Positions 43,215 through 51,495 of a stretch of 60,525 nucleotides of DNA are shown here, piece by piece. The notes beneath the pieces are model-generated. The model had not been told where the DNA came from, searched no databases, and saw nothing but the letters and a program-made list of their open reading frames with translations. The position numbers and the translations under genes were made by a program. Location of the stretch: the NCBI GenBank assembly GCA_022705565.1, contig JAKJEF010000002.1, positions 1 through 60,525 on the forward strand, read 5' to 3'. The first letter of the stretch is position 1; each line of letters begins with the position of its first letter. This DNA comes from Patescibacteria group bacterium. Lineage in GTDB: Bacteria > Patescibacteriota > Minisyncoccia > UBA6257 > Colwellbacteraceae.

Positions 43215-44498
43215 TTAAATCTTAGTGGATTGCAGGATATCCCGCAATGCCTTTTCTTCGAAATCCGGACCGATGGCGGCCAGGTTCAAACGATTTTTTT
43301 GGAAAATTTCCCGAGCCAAAGAACGAATATCTTCGGGAGTCACTTCTTTGATCTTCCGTAGGGCCTCGGCCGGAGCGAGAACCTTGCCGGTTACTATTTC
43401 TTCGCTACCGAAGAAAAGGGCGATGTCGTCCGACGTTTCGAGCTGTAGGATCAAGTTTCCCGATAGATGCTCTTTGGCCTTGGCGAGCTCGTCCTCGGAA
43501 ACCAAATTGATTTTCAGGTCCTCGAATTCGGCGAGAATGGCTCGGCAGACCTCGGTTGTTTTCGATCTGTCGATGCCGGCGGCGACGAAAATCGAACCGT
43601 GGTCGGATGATTCGTCGGTTCCGCTCCTCACGTAATAGGCGGCTCCCATTTCGTCCCTGATTTTCACGAACATCCTCGAAGACATGCCGCCGCCCAAAAT
43701 CTCGGCGATAAGCGCCAAGGCGTATCTCCGCGGATCGAAAATATCTATCCCCCGGCTTCCGAGCACGAGGTGGAACTGATCGGTCTGTTTTGTTCGGAGA
43801 TCGATTTGCGGTTCTGATTGCTCGTCGACGGTTTTCTCTTTTTTCAAGGCTTCGCCCCGGGGCATGGATTCGAAATGCTTCCAGACGATCTTCTCCGGAT
43901 CTTCCTCGATCCCTCCGCAGACGACCACCGTTGTTTTCGAAGCGAGATAATGTTTACCTCTGTAAGCCACGACGTCTTCCCTTTTGATCTTCCGGATCAC
44001 TTCTTTGTCTCCGGCGACAGACCAGCCGGCCGGCTGGTCTCCGTAAAGGAGTTCGGAAAAATTCTCTTTGACTTTTTCCATCGGCAGATCTTCGTACATG
44101 TTTATTTCTTCGAGAATCACTCCCCTTTCCTTGTCCATTTCTCCCTGGTCGATCGTCGGATGGAGATAAAGGTCGGCCACGATCTCGAGAATCCGCTCGA
44201 AATTCTTGTTGGCCGCCTTGGCGAAATATCCGGTCATTTCGTTGGCAGTGAAAGCGTTGTATCTGGCGCCCAAGGCGTCAAGTTCGGAAGCGATCAATCC
44301 GCTTTTCGGACGCTTGGTCGTTCCTTTAAAGCAAAGATGCTCCAAAAAGTGGGAAACGCCGCTTATGTCTTTGGTCTCGTATTCCGATCCGGCGGCGACG
44401 AGAACCAAAACCGTGGTCGCCAGGCTTTGCGGCCGGGGAATGAATATGTATCTCAAACCATTCGGGAAAATGGTCTTTTTATGATTGATGTCGGACAT
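43215..44498 (-). CDS. M16 family (pitrilysin-like) zinc peptidase
   Basis: 427 aa with the inverted zinc motif HFLEHLCFKGT. Confidence 0.85.
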   Translation of the reverse strand: MSDINHKKTIFPNGLRYIFIPRPQSLATTVLVLVAAGSEYETKDISGVSHFLEHLCFKGTTKRPKSGLIASELDALGARYNAFTANEMTGYFAKAANKNFERILEIVADLYLHPTIDQGEMDKERGVILEEINMYEDLPMEKVKENFSELLYGDQPAGWSVAGDKEVIRKIKREDVVAYRGKHYLASKTTVVVCGGIEEDPEKIVWKHFESMPRGEALKKEKTVDEQSEPQIDLRTKQTDQFHLVLGSRGIDIFDPRRYALALIAEILGGGMSSRMFVKIRDEMGAAYYVRSGTDESSDHGSIFVAAGIDRSKTTEVCRAILAEFEDLKINLVSEDELAKAKEHLSGNLILQLETSDDIALFFGSEEIVTGKVLAPAEALRKIKEVTPEDIRSLAREIFQKNRLNLAAIGPDFEEKALRDILQSTKI

Positions 44499-44501
44499 GA
44501 T

Positions 44502-45842
44502 TTACTGTTCTTTGAACCGCTCCAAAAGATAACTCTTGATTTCGGCAATGGCAACCCTTTCCTGCTTCATGGTGTCGCGGTCGCGGATGGTCGCCTTCTT
44601 ATCCTCCAAGGAATCGAAGTCGATAGTGACGCAATACGGCGTGCCGATCTCGTCTTGCCGGCGGTAGCGCTTGCCGATCGATTGGGTTTCGTCGTAATCG
44701 ACGAAAAGATCATTTCTTAAATCGTCGGCTAATTTCTTCGCCACCGAAGACAATTCTTCTTTTTTGGATAAAGGAAGCACGGCCGCTTTCACCGGAGCGA
44801 GCCATTTCGGGAATTTCATAACCACTCGCGTCTCCTCTTCTCCTTTTTCCGCCGTTGGCGCCGATTCTTCGGTATAAGCCGAACACATGGCCGCCAAAAT
44901 ACTTCTTTCGACTCCGAAAGTGGGTTCGATGACGTGCGGATAGAACTCTTCACCGGAAACCGGATCTTTGTATTTCAAATCGGCTCCGGAAGTCTCGCCG
45001 TGATTTTTAAGATCGAAATCTCCGCGATAAGCCAAACCGTAAAGCTCCTCTTCTCCGAAAGGAAAAGCGTATTCGAAATCGACGGTCCGCTTTGAATAAT
45101 GGGCGCGGTCTTTTTCCGGCACTTCGAGTTCACGGATTTCTTTTTTGACGTCAACGCCGAGCGAAGAAATCCACTCGAGCATTTCTTTCCGCCAGTATTC
45201 GAAATAATTGTTCCAGTCTTTGTCTTTTTCGGGGACCGGAATAAAATACTCTATTTCCATTTGTTCGAATTCGCGCGTGCGGAAAATAAAGTTTCCCGGA
45301 GTGATTTCGTTCCGGAAAGCCTTGCCGATTTGGCCGACTCCGAAAGGCAGGCTCATCCGCTCCGTGTCCATGATGTTTTTGAAATTGACGAATATGCCCT
45401 GGGCCGTTTCCGGACGGAAATAAACCTCGGAGGCTTTGTCTTCGGTCGCGCCGAGGCGGGTTTTCAGCATCATATTGAATTGCTTGGCTTCTCCGAGTTT
45501 GCCCCCACATTCGGGACAGCCGTCTTCTGTCTTTATCCGGTCGCCGCGGAACCGCTTGTGGCATTTAACGCATTCGACGAGCGGGTCGGAAAACTTTTTC
45601 AAATGCCCGGAAGCTTCCCAAACCTTGGTATTCATGAGAATCGAAGCGTCGAGGCCGACCATGTCCGGACGCCTGCGGATAAACCTATCCCACCAGGCGG
45701 CTTTGATGTTTCTTTTGAGCTCCACTCCCAAAGGCCCGAAATCCCACGAGTTTTGGAGGCCGCCGTAGATTTCGCTTCCCGGAAAAACAAAACCCCGGCG
45801 TTTGGCCAGGCTTAAGATTTTATCCATCAAATCAATCTCCAT
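44502..45842 (-). CDS. glyQS: Glycine--tRNA ligase (alpha2 type)
   Basis: 446 aa that reads as class II GlyRS (FRNEITPGNFIFRTREFEQMEIEYF). Confidence 0.93.
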   Translation of the reverse strand: MEIDLMDKILSLAKRRGFVFPGSEIYGGLQNSWDFGPLGVELKRNIKAAWWDRFIRRRPDMVGLDASILMNTKVWEASGHLKKFSDPLVECVKCHKRFRGDRIKTEDGCPECGGKLGEAKQFNMMLKTRLGATEDKASEVYFRPETAQGIFVNFKNIMDTERMSLPFGVGQIGKAFRNEITPGNFIFRTREFEQMEIEYFIPVPEKDKDWNNYFEYWRKEMLEWISSLGVDVKKEIRELEVPEKDRAHYSKRTVDFEYAFPFGEEELYGLAYRGDFDLKNHGETSGADLKYKDPVSGEEFYPHVIEPTFGVERSILAAMCSAYTEESAPTAEKGEEETRVVMKFPKWLAPVKAAVLPLSKKEELSSVAKKLADDLRNDLFVDYDETQSIGKRYRRQDEIGTPYCVTIDFDSLEDKKATIRDRDTMKQERVAIAEIKSYLLERFKEQ

Positions 45843-45863
45843 GATCTTCTTATATATATGATA

Positions 45864-47564
45864 TTATCCCCGGATCAACCCGTCTAACGGACTGACCGTC
45901 GGATCATCGGTCAGAAAGCTGTTCAAGGGAAGGCCCGTGGCCGACACCGAGACTCCGGCGAAATCGTCTAAAGCCGTCGCCCTCGTCTCCCGGAGAAGCG
46001 GCATGTACGAACCGGTGAATTCGTCTATCGGCGTCGCTCTTATCTGGAAGATCGCCTCGAGCGGTTTGTCGACAACGCCGGTATTGGCGAGCATCTTCGG
46101 TATTTTCCAGACGACTTCGTTGGAATTCGGGTCGAGGCTGAACTCACCGACCGGAATTTTCTGGTTGCCGGTTAAACTCACGCCGACCGGCAAAACAGCC
46201 CGCACCTCGATATTGCTCATGTCGGAGGCCTGATTCGATAGCGCCCAATGGACGGTAAAGTCTGTTGGGCTTCCCACTTTCAAGGGAAGGTTGCCGCTAT
46301 TGATGATTCCCGAAGCCGCGTCGCGGAAGTAGATCTTCGGACTGATTTTCAAAACTCCGACCAGCTTGGCGTCGAAAACAACGACGCTCGTCAATTTTAT
46401 TCCGGTCGAAGCCACTACGGCTTCGGCGTTCGCCGTCATCGTTCCCGTGAAATCTTTGTCGCTCGCCTGCCTCACCGCGTAATCGGATTTAAGCGGAACC
46501 TCCGCGATGATCTCCCTCGATTCGCCCGGATCCAAAGCCGCGAGATCGGGGTCGGTCGCGTAATTCCAAAAAATCGTTCCGTTGTTCAAGCTGGCGTTTC
46601 CGGATACCGCAAGACCGGCAAACTCGTACATGTTTCCTTTGAGGCTTGCCCGGACAATGACGTTCCTGAAAACTTCGTTGCTGAAGTTGGAGCAGACGAG
46701 ACGGTATCTCAAAACGCTTCCGGGCTTGACCGCTCCGGACGAGGATTCGGCATTCAAAAGGTCTATTTTCAAAGAAAGCGGCGATGCCTTGATGGCGATA
46801 TCCTTGGAAACGTCGCTTACGACGTAATCGCGACCGTTCAATTCTCCTCTGGTTTCGACGCGCAGGCTAAAAACACTCATGTCCGGCAGATTGGCCGAGC
46901 CCTTGAAAGAGACTTCTCCTTTTTCTCCGGGCTTAACCGTGATCGGAGATTCCGAGAAATTACTCGAGAAATCCTTGGGCGCGGTCAGGTTGAAAAGCAG
47001 AATCCATTCTTGGTCGCTAGTATTCTCGTAGTTCAAGGACCAGTTGAATTCTTCGCCGGCCATGACTTCGTTCGGAACGACAAGCTCGGTTTTGACCGGC
47101 GTTTCCACGCTCACGATGAAATCCTTGCTGACGATCAGGCTCTTGTTCAAAGTCGCCGGCAGATAAGAAACACTCGCCTCGAAGCTCTTCTCGGCTTCGG
47201 CCGCATCAAGCACTCTTATATTGAAGGTTTCTTTATACTCCTCGCCCACGTCCATGGTCCCGGCTTCGCGCATCCTTCTCACTTCGTTTTTTCCGTCGCT
47301 AAACATGGCGCCGTTCGGAACGGTCATCGATATCTCCACGTTTCTGATCAAAACCTCGGAATTATTGACGAAAACGACCGTCAGCGGAAAATCTTCTCCG
47401 AGAACGACGTTTGGCGGAGCCTCGAAAGAAATGGCCGGCCTTCTCGCGGATCCGGCGAAAAACAGCTCGTAAACGACAAAAGCGGCCGCGATACCGACGG
47501 CCGCGAAGAGAATCCATTTCACTAAGGTCAATATCCGTATCTTTTCTTTCCGCATTGACGGCAT
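45864..47564 (-). CDS. Large membrane-anchored hypothetical protein
   Basis: The ORF opens at a GTG (47627). ATG candidates are at 47564 and 47555. It has one N-terminal TM helix and then a beta-rich sequence with no motif I recognise. It overlaps recO by at least 28 nt. Confidence 0.6.
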   Translation of the reverse strand: MPSMRKEKIRILTLVKWILFAAVGIAAAFVVYELFFAGSARRPAISFEAPPNVVLGEDFPLTVVFVNNSEVLIRNVEISMTVPNGAMFSDGKNEVRRMREAGTMDVGEEYKETFNIRVLDAAEAEKSFEASVSYLPATLNKSLIVSKDFIVSVETPVKTELVVPNEVMAGEEFNWSLNYENTSDQEWILLFNLTAPKDFSSNFSESPITVKPGEKGEVSFKGSANLPDMSVFSLRVETRGELNGRDYVVSDVSKDIAIKASPLSLKIDLLNAESSSGAVKPGSVLRYRLVCSNFSNEVFRNVIVRASLKGNMYEFAGLAVSGNASLNNGTIFWNYATDPDLAALDPGESREIIAEVPLKSDYAVRQASDKDFTGTMTANAEAVVASTGIKLTSVVVFDAKLVGVLKISPKIYFRDAASGIINSGNLPLKVGSPTDFTVHWALSNQASDMSNIEVRAVLPVGVSLTGNQKIPVGEFSLDPNSNEVVWKIPKMLANTGVVDKPLEAIFQIRATPIDEFTGSYMPLLRETRATALDDFAGVSVSATGLPLNSFLTDDPTVSPLDGLIRG

Positions 47565-48043
47565 AAAAACATTATATCCTGACTGGAAAAATAGGCAATT
47601 TTTCTGCTTCCGCACACGGCGCAACACGCCTTGTCCGGATCAAGACCGATTATTTTCAAAAGCCCGCGGTAGGCCATCTTTTCCGAAAACTCCGGGTCTT
47701 TGATCACTTCCCGGCAGAACATGAAAAGCACCTCGTCTTTGGCCGAAGCCGGAACCATCTTGTCGAGAAACATAAGGAATCTGATCGTCTCCGGATCAGA
47801 CCGCTTGGCTTCGGCCAGGGCCTCGACTATCCGGAAGTTGTCGCCGACGCTTTTCCTCGCCAATCTGATTTTGGCGAGCGTTCCGGGCTCGAGATGGCTC
47901 GCCAGCTTCGAAGTGATCTTCCGGCTGCTCGTCGCTTTTCCGTAAACCTTGCCGAGATTCCGGCTGAAAACCGTGAAAACAGCGTCCAGATTCTTGTCCG
48001 GCCGCTTGTCAAGGATTATGGCTTCGGTCAGATACTCAACCAT
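47528..48043 (-). CDS. recO: DNA repair protein RecO-like (short)
   Basis: 171 aa with an OB-fold-like N-terminus (EAIILDKRPDKNLDAVFTVFSRNLGKV) and C-terminal CxxC..CxxC. Confidence 0.6.
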   Translation of the reverse strand: MVEYLTEAIILDKRPDKNLDAVFTVFSRNLGKVYGKATSSRKITSKLASHLEPGTLAKIRLARKSVGDNFRIVEALAEAKRSDPETIRFLMFLDKMVPASAKDEVLFMFCREVIKDPEFSEKMAYRGLLKIIGLDPDKACCAVCGSRKIAYFSSQDIMFLCRQCGKKRYGY

Positions 48044-48117
48044 AAGCCTATTATAGGCTTTGGCCGCCGGCCGGAAAACCCCGAATTTGGCTAGATTTCA
48101 AGCGTTTTTCCGCCATC

Positions 48118-48146
48118 TTGACAAAACAGGGCTAATCGGCTAAGCT
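48118..48146 (+). promoter_or_regulatory. Putative promoter TTGACA-N17-TAAGCT for the 3D-domain gene
   Basis: TTGACA at 48118..48123 and a weak -10 at 48141..48146. Confidence 0.35.
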
Positions 48147-48192
48147 TAAAGAGTAATAAATTTCCCCTGTGAGGGGGTTTTTTATTACGACA

Positions 48193-48639
48193 ATGGGTAA
48201 ATTCCTATTGGGAACGATGCTGATGAGTCTGGTCGTGTCCGCTCAGGGACGTCTAACCGACGTCGCGGCGAACACTGCTCCTAATACTCCGGACCATCCG
48301 TACGTCGTTCTCGGAGGCGATTCGCTCTTAGCTTCAAATGAGCCTGCTTCGACTAGGTCGATCGTGACGACAATCACCGCCTACTCCAGCACTCCTGACC
48401 AGACCGATGATACTCCGTTTATCACCGCCTCTGGGAAGTTTGTCGGAGACGGAATTGTTGCCGCGAACTGGTTGCCCTTCGGAACCAAAATCCGTATCCC
48501 GGAAATCTTCGGAGACAAAGTCTTCGAGGTCCAGGATAGAATGGCTCCGAAACACGATGAGAAATTAGACATTTGGTTTAAAACAAGAGAAGAGGCTCTC
48601 AAGTTTGGAGTTAGAAAGAGTAGGATCGAAATCCTCTAA
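48193..48639 (+). CDS. 3D domain-containing secreted protein (cell-wall-active, MltA/RlpA-like fold)
   Basis: Signal peptide MGKFLLGTMLMSLVVSAQG, and ITAYSSTPDQTDDTPFITASGKFV..IRIPEIFGDKVFEVQDRM is the typical 3D pattern. The ORF track begins at a GTG (48169). Confidence 0.75.
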   Translation: MGKFLLGTMLMSLVVSAQGRLTDVAANTAPNTPDHPYVVLGGDSLLASNEPASTRSIVTTITAYSSTPDQTDDTPFITASGKFVGDGIVAANWLPFGTKIRIPEIFGDKVFEVQDRMAPKHDEKLDIWFKTREEALKFGVRKSRIEIL

Positions 48640-48660
48640 ACAAATTGCGATTGTAAATAA

Positions 48661-48686
48661 AACCTCCCGCCGATTGGTGGGAGGTT
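48661..48686. terminator. Bidirectional intrinsic terminator between convergent genes
   Basis: 8-bp stem aacctccc/gggaggtt flanked by an A-rich 5' side and a T-rich 3' side. Confidence 0.7.
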
Positions 48687-48702
48687 TTATTTTATCCGCG
48701 GC

Positions 48703-48945
48703 TTACCTGAAAATATTCCAAAACCGATTTTTCTTATTTTCTTTTTCGAAATAAGAAATCCACACCGAAAGATTATTTTTTGAATCCGCTTCATCGATCA
48801 GAATACCGAGATACTGAGAATCTTCTTTATTGGTTCTAATCTCCTTTATGATGTCTTCAAAATACTTTTTCTCGAACCTAACCCCCACCAGCCAAAAAAG
48901 CGCCATGATTTGATCGTCCCGCAGTTTTAAAATTTGTTTTTCCAT
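48703..48945 (-). CDS. Hypothetical protein (80 aa, AT-rich gene)
   Basis: ORF only, with no recognisable motif. Confidence 0.4.
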   Translation of the reverse strand: MEKQILKLRDDQIMALFWLVGVRFEKKYFEDIIKEIRTNKEDSQYLGILIDEADSKNNLSVWISYFEKENKKNRFWNIFR

Positions 48946-49019
48946 AAAATAAAGTTATTTGATGATCCGCACGATCACAAATACGTATTCTTATATATCA
49001 TATAACTTATCCAAATAAA

Positions 49020-49230
49020 AAAGGAAAAGACCCGTTGGGACGAGTCTAATCTTGCAGTTATTGAACGAAGGAGGAGATCCTTTTCCTGTGGGGACCCCTA
49101 GAAACACAGTATAGTAAGAAAGGAAGTGATTTCCTCCTTCGTCCTGATAGGAAGGACCAAACGAGACAGGTGCTCGGTGAGGAAGGAGGTGATGTCGCCC
49201 CGATGTCCCCACAAGTTAATTATGGGGCAT
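49020..49230. ncRNA. Candidate structured non-coding RNA of unknown class (orientation unresolved)
   Basis: About 370 nt without a credible ORF. GAAGGAGG occurs at 49057..49064 and 49172..49179, with its complement CCTCCTTC at 49123..49130. An 11-bp hairpin spans 49190..49223, and 49078..49085 can pair long-range with 49195..49202. Confidence 0.4.
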
Positions 49231-49315
49231 CGGCTCTGCGCGTCAACACCCAGAGCAAAGCCCGAATCCGCCTTTATTTATCTCCCGAAACTCGATCCTG
49301 TGGAAAACTCTCTTG

Positions 49316-49397
49316 TGCCCAGGGAGGGATTTGAACCCTCAAGGATTGCTCCATACGCCCCTCAAACGTACGCGTATACCAGTTCCGCCACCTGGGC
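49316..49397 (-). tRNA. tRNA-Leu (anticodon GAG)
   Basis: Acceptor GCCCAGG/CCTGGGC, D-arm GCGGAACTGGTATACGC, anticodon loop TTGAGGG, long variable arm, T-loop TTCAAAT. Confidence 0.88.
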
Positions 49398-49493
49398 AAA
49401 CTAAAAGCATTATAGGGAAACCAAGCCGATTCTTCAAGAAAACCATATGGCTTAACATATGGTTTTCTGAACTTACAAACTTATGAACTTAAA

Positions 49494-49820
49494 CTATATC
49501 CCCTGTCCGATTTTCTCTCTGGTCTTTTTGACCGAAAGATTTCTCACGAAATAAAGTTTGGATTTTTTGACTTTCTTCGGAGTGTTCATCACTTCCACTT
49601 TGCTTATAAGCGGAGAATTGATCGGGTATGTTTTTTCCAAAGCGTAATCGCCGAGCCTGCCCCTAACGGTGAAAGTGGCGCCGGCTTCATTGCCGTGTTT
49701 ACGGCCGATAACCACGCCCTCGAAAGCGCTCGTGCGCTCCTTGTCTCCTTCCTTAAAGATTTCCCAGACCTTGACTCTGGCTCCGGTCTTTATTTTTCCT
49801 TTGTATTCCTCGTTAATCAC
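49494..49820 (-). CDS. rplS: 50S ribosomal protein L19
   Basis: 108 aa (GARVKVWEIFKEGDKERTSAFEGVVIGRKHG..). Confidence 0.92.
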   Translation of the reverse strand: MINEEYKGKIKTGARVKVWEIFKEGDKERTSAFEGVVIGRKHGNEAGATFTVRGRLGDYALEKTYPINSPLISKVEVMNTPKKVKKSKLYFVRNLSVKKTREKIGQGI

Positions 49821-49828
49821 GGAACTAT

Positions 49829-50524
49829 TTAAATGGATTTGAGAGCCTTTGTCAAATCATCCGGCATCTTGGTTTCGAACCTGAAACGGGTCTTGTCCGG
49901 CCCAACGAATTCGATCGATGAGGCGTGCAGGAATTGCCGCGAAAGACCCAAAGAATCATTCTTGGCTTTTTTCCCGGCGTATAAAGCGTCGCCGACAACC
50001 GGATGATTTATCGAAGCGAGATGGACCCTGATCTGATGCGTTCGTCCGGTTTTCGGTTTCGCTTCGATTAAAGAAAATCCGTCGTAGTCTTTTAGGACTT
50101 TGTATTCGGTGATCGCTGTTTTTACCATTTTGCCGCCGTGGATCGTACGCTTCACGGTGCCGGATTTCAAACCGATCGGCTTGTCGATAACGCCTTCCTT
50201 CGGTTCGATGTTTCCATAAACGAGGGCGAGGTAGGTTTTTTCGACTTGGCCGTCCTGGAAAAGCTTCTTCAGATATTCTAAAGCATTCTGGTTCTTGGCA
50301 ACGACGATTATGCCCGAAGTGTCCTTGTCGAGCCGATGGACTATTCCCGGACGGATTTGCGGATCGTCGCCAACGTTTTTTATCTCCGGACGATTCTTCA
50401 AAATCCAATCGGCCAACGTCTCTTCTTTTTCTTTGGCCGCGGTTCGATGCATCAAAATCCCGGCGGGTTTGGCGATCGCCAAGAGATCTTTATCTTCGTA
50501 AACCACCGGCATGTCCTGCTTCAT
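49829..50524 (-). CDS. RluA-family pseudouridine synthase (no S4 domain)
   Basis: 231 aa with the catalytic motif HRLDKDTSGIIVVAKN. Confidence 0.88.
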   Translation of the reverse strand: MKQDMPVVYEDKDLLAIAKPAGILMHRTAAKEKEETLADWILKNRPEIKNVGDDPQIRPGIVHRLDKDTSGIIVVAKNQNALEYLKKLFQDGQVEKTYLALVYGNIEPKEGVIDKPIGLKSGTVKRTIHGGKMVKTAITEYKVLKDYDGFSLIEAKPKTGRTHQIRVHLASINHPVVGDALYAGKKAKNDSLGLSRQFLHASSIEFVGPDKTRFRFETKMPDDLTKALKSI

Positions 50525-50539
50525 GGTGCAATTTTGGTG

Positions 50540-50613
50540 TGGGCGATACTGGACTCGAACCAGTGACCTTCACAATGTCAATGTGACGCTCTAACCAGCT
50601 GAGCTAACCGCCC
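50540..50613 (-). tRNA. tRNA-Val (anticodon GAC)
   Basis: Acceptor GGGCGGT/ATCGCCC, anticodon loop TTGACAT, T-loop TTCGAGT. Confidence 0.9.
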
Positions 50614-50635
50614 GGCGTTTCATCAAGTGAAACTG

Positions 50636-50707
50636 TGGGCGCACTAAGAATCGGACTTAGGACCTCTGTCTTATCAGGACAGCGTTCTACCACTGAACTA
50701 TGCGCCC
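50636..50707 (-). tRNA. tRNA-Ile (anticodon GAT) with an atypical T-loop
   Basis: Acceptor GGGCGCA/TGCGCCC, anticodon loop CTGATAA, T-arm CTAAG-TCCGATT-CTTAG with C at position 55. Confidence 0.8.
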
Positions 50708-50733
50708 GACCGGTAAAAATATACTACTATCTT

Positions 50734-50943
50734 TTATCTGATTTGTAAATTTAAGGCATGGTATCCTTCGAAATTGAAGAAAATACCCGTGCCGCCGACC
50801 ATAGTCGGCGCTTCGAAAGCCTGGACGAGCAATCCGCCGAGAACGCCGATGCCCCAGAAAGCACCAATCAGCAAAACAACGAGCAGCATCACGTTGACCG
50901 CGATCAGTATGATTTCTTTTTGGCCTTGGGACAGTTTAGGCAT
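50734..50943 (-). CDS. Small membrane protein (69 aa)
   Basis: One long hydrophobic segment, 6 nt downstream of the PilO-like gene. Confidence 0.45.
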   Translation of the reverse strand: MPKLSQGQKEIILIAVNVMLLVVLLIGAFWGIGVLGGLLVQAFEAPTMVGGTGIFFNFEGYHALNLQIR

Positions 50944-50949
50944 GTCGTT

Positions 50950-51477
50950 TTAATGGAAGAAGACCACTCCCTGAAGAATGGCTCGGTATTGGTCGTCGGT
51001 TCCGCCGACCAGATCGAAGTTCCTGATATCGGTAACATAAGAAGAGTCTTCGAGGTCTTTCAGAAAATTGACGATATCGTCGTAGGAGCCGGTCAGATTG
51101 AGCTCGAAGGCGATTTCTCCAGGAGTTCCCGGAGTCGGAGCTATTTCGCTGCCGCTGAATTTGAAGCTGGTCGGCAAGTTGTTGTCTCTTTCGAGATCAA
51201 AAACCTCCGAGTTGAATTCGGGAAGATCCTCCTTGGTCGGAAGGCTGAAGTTCAGAACATCGGTGTAAACACGCGCCTCTTCCGCGTCTTCTTTGAGTTC
51301 GGCCAAAGACGTGATCGCCCTCGAACGCGACAAAAAATCCACTCTCATCAGTTTGATTTCCGAACTCGAAGCGGCAATACTCTTTTTTAATTGGAAAACG
51401 GCAAAAATGAGGACGCTACCGGCGACCAAAGTGATGCCGATGACGACGGCCATTTTAACCCTGAAATCCTTAAGCAT
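50950..51477 (-). CDS. Second PilO-like protein
   Basis: N-terminal TM helix, a coiled segment and the C-terminal segment GSYDDIVNFLKDLEDSSYVTDIRNFDL, as in PilO. I prefer the ATG at 51477 to the GTG at 51480. Confidence 0.55.
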   Translation of the reverse strand: MLKDFRVKMAVVIGITLVAGSVLIFAVFQLKKSIAASSSEIKLMRVDFLSRSRAITSLAELKEDAEEARVYTDVLNFSLPTKEDLPEFNSEVFDLERDNNLPTSFKFSGSEIAPTPGTPGEIAFELNLTGSYDDIVNFLKDLEDSSYVTDIRNFDLVGGTDDQYRAILQGVVFFH

Positions 51478-51485
51478 CACGTACT

Positions 51486-51495
51486 ATTATATAAT
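51486..51495. promoter_or_regulatory. Palindromic ATTATATAAT giving a TATAAT on both strands (shared divergent -10)
   Basis: TATAAT on the plus strand at 51490..51495 is 8 nt before the dprA GTG. TATAAT on the minus strand at 51491..51486 is 8 nt before the PilO-like ATG. Confidence 0.45.

Noticed and set aside
40974-44720. Long plus-strand ORFs at 40974..41993, 42603..43082 and 43818..44720, antisense to metG, the AI-2E permease and the M16 peptidase.
   Set aside because: The opposite strand encodes proteins with diagnostic motifs (KMSKS, HxxEH). These are shadow ORFs. The same reasoning applies to 14884..15729, 24559..25275, 25686..26519, 45099..45815 and 53327..54013.
46248-47525. A 425-aa plus-strand ORF antisense to the 45864..47564 gene.
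   Set aside because: Its composition is Arg/Gly/Asp/His-rich, like the other antisense ORFs in this window. The minus-strand frame has a proper signal-anchor and sits in a co-directional operon. I prefer the minus strand, although neither frame has a recognised domain.
49235-49262. A c-di-GMP-I (GEMM) riboswitch, suggested by GAGCAAAGCCCG.
   Set aside because: The conserved ACGCAAAGC core, the paired GNRA/receptor hairpins and a downstream regulated gene are all missing.
48991-49404. ORFs 48991..49212 (minus strand) and 49126..49404 (plus strand).
   Set aside because: Both have low-complexity translations, and the plus-strand ORF reads antisense through tRNA-Leu. I treat the region as non-coding and possibly a structured RNA.
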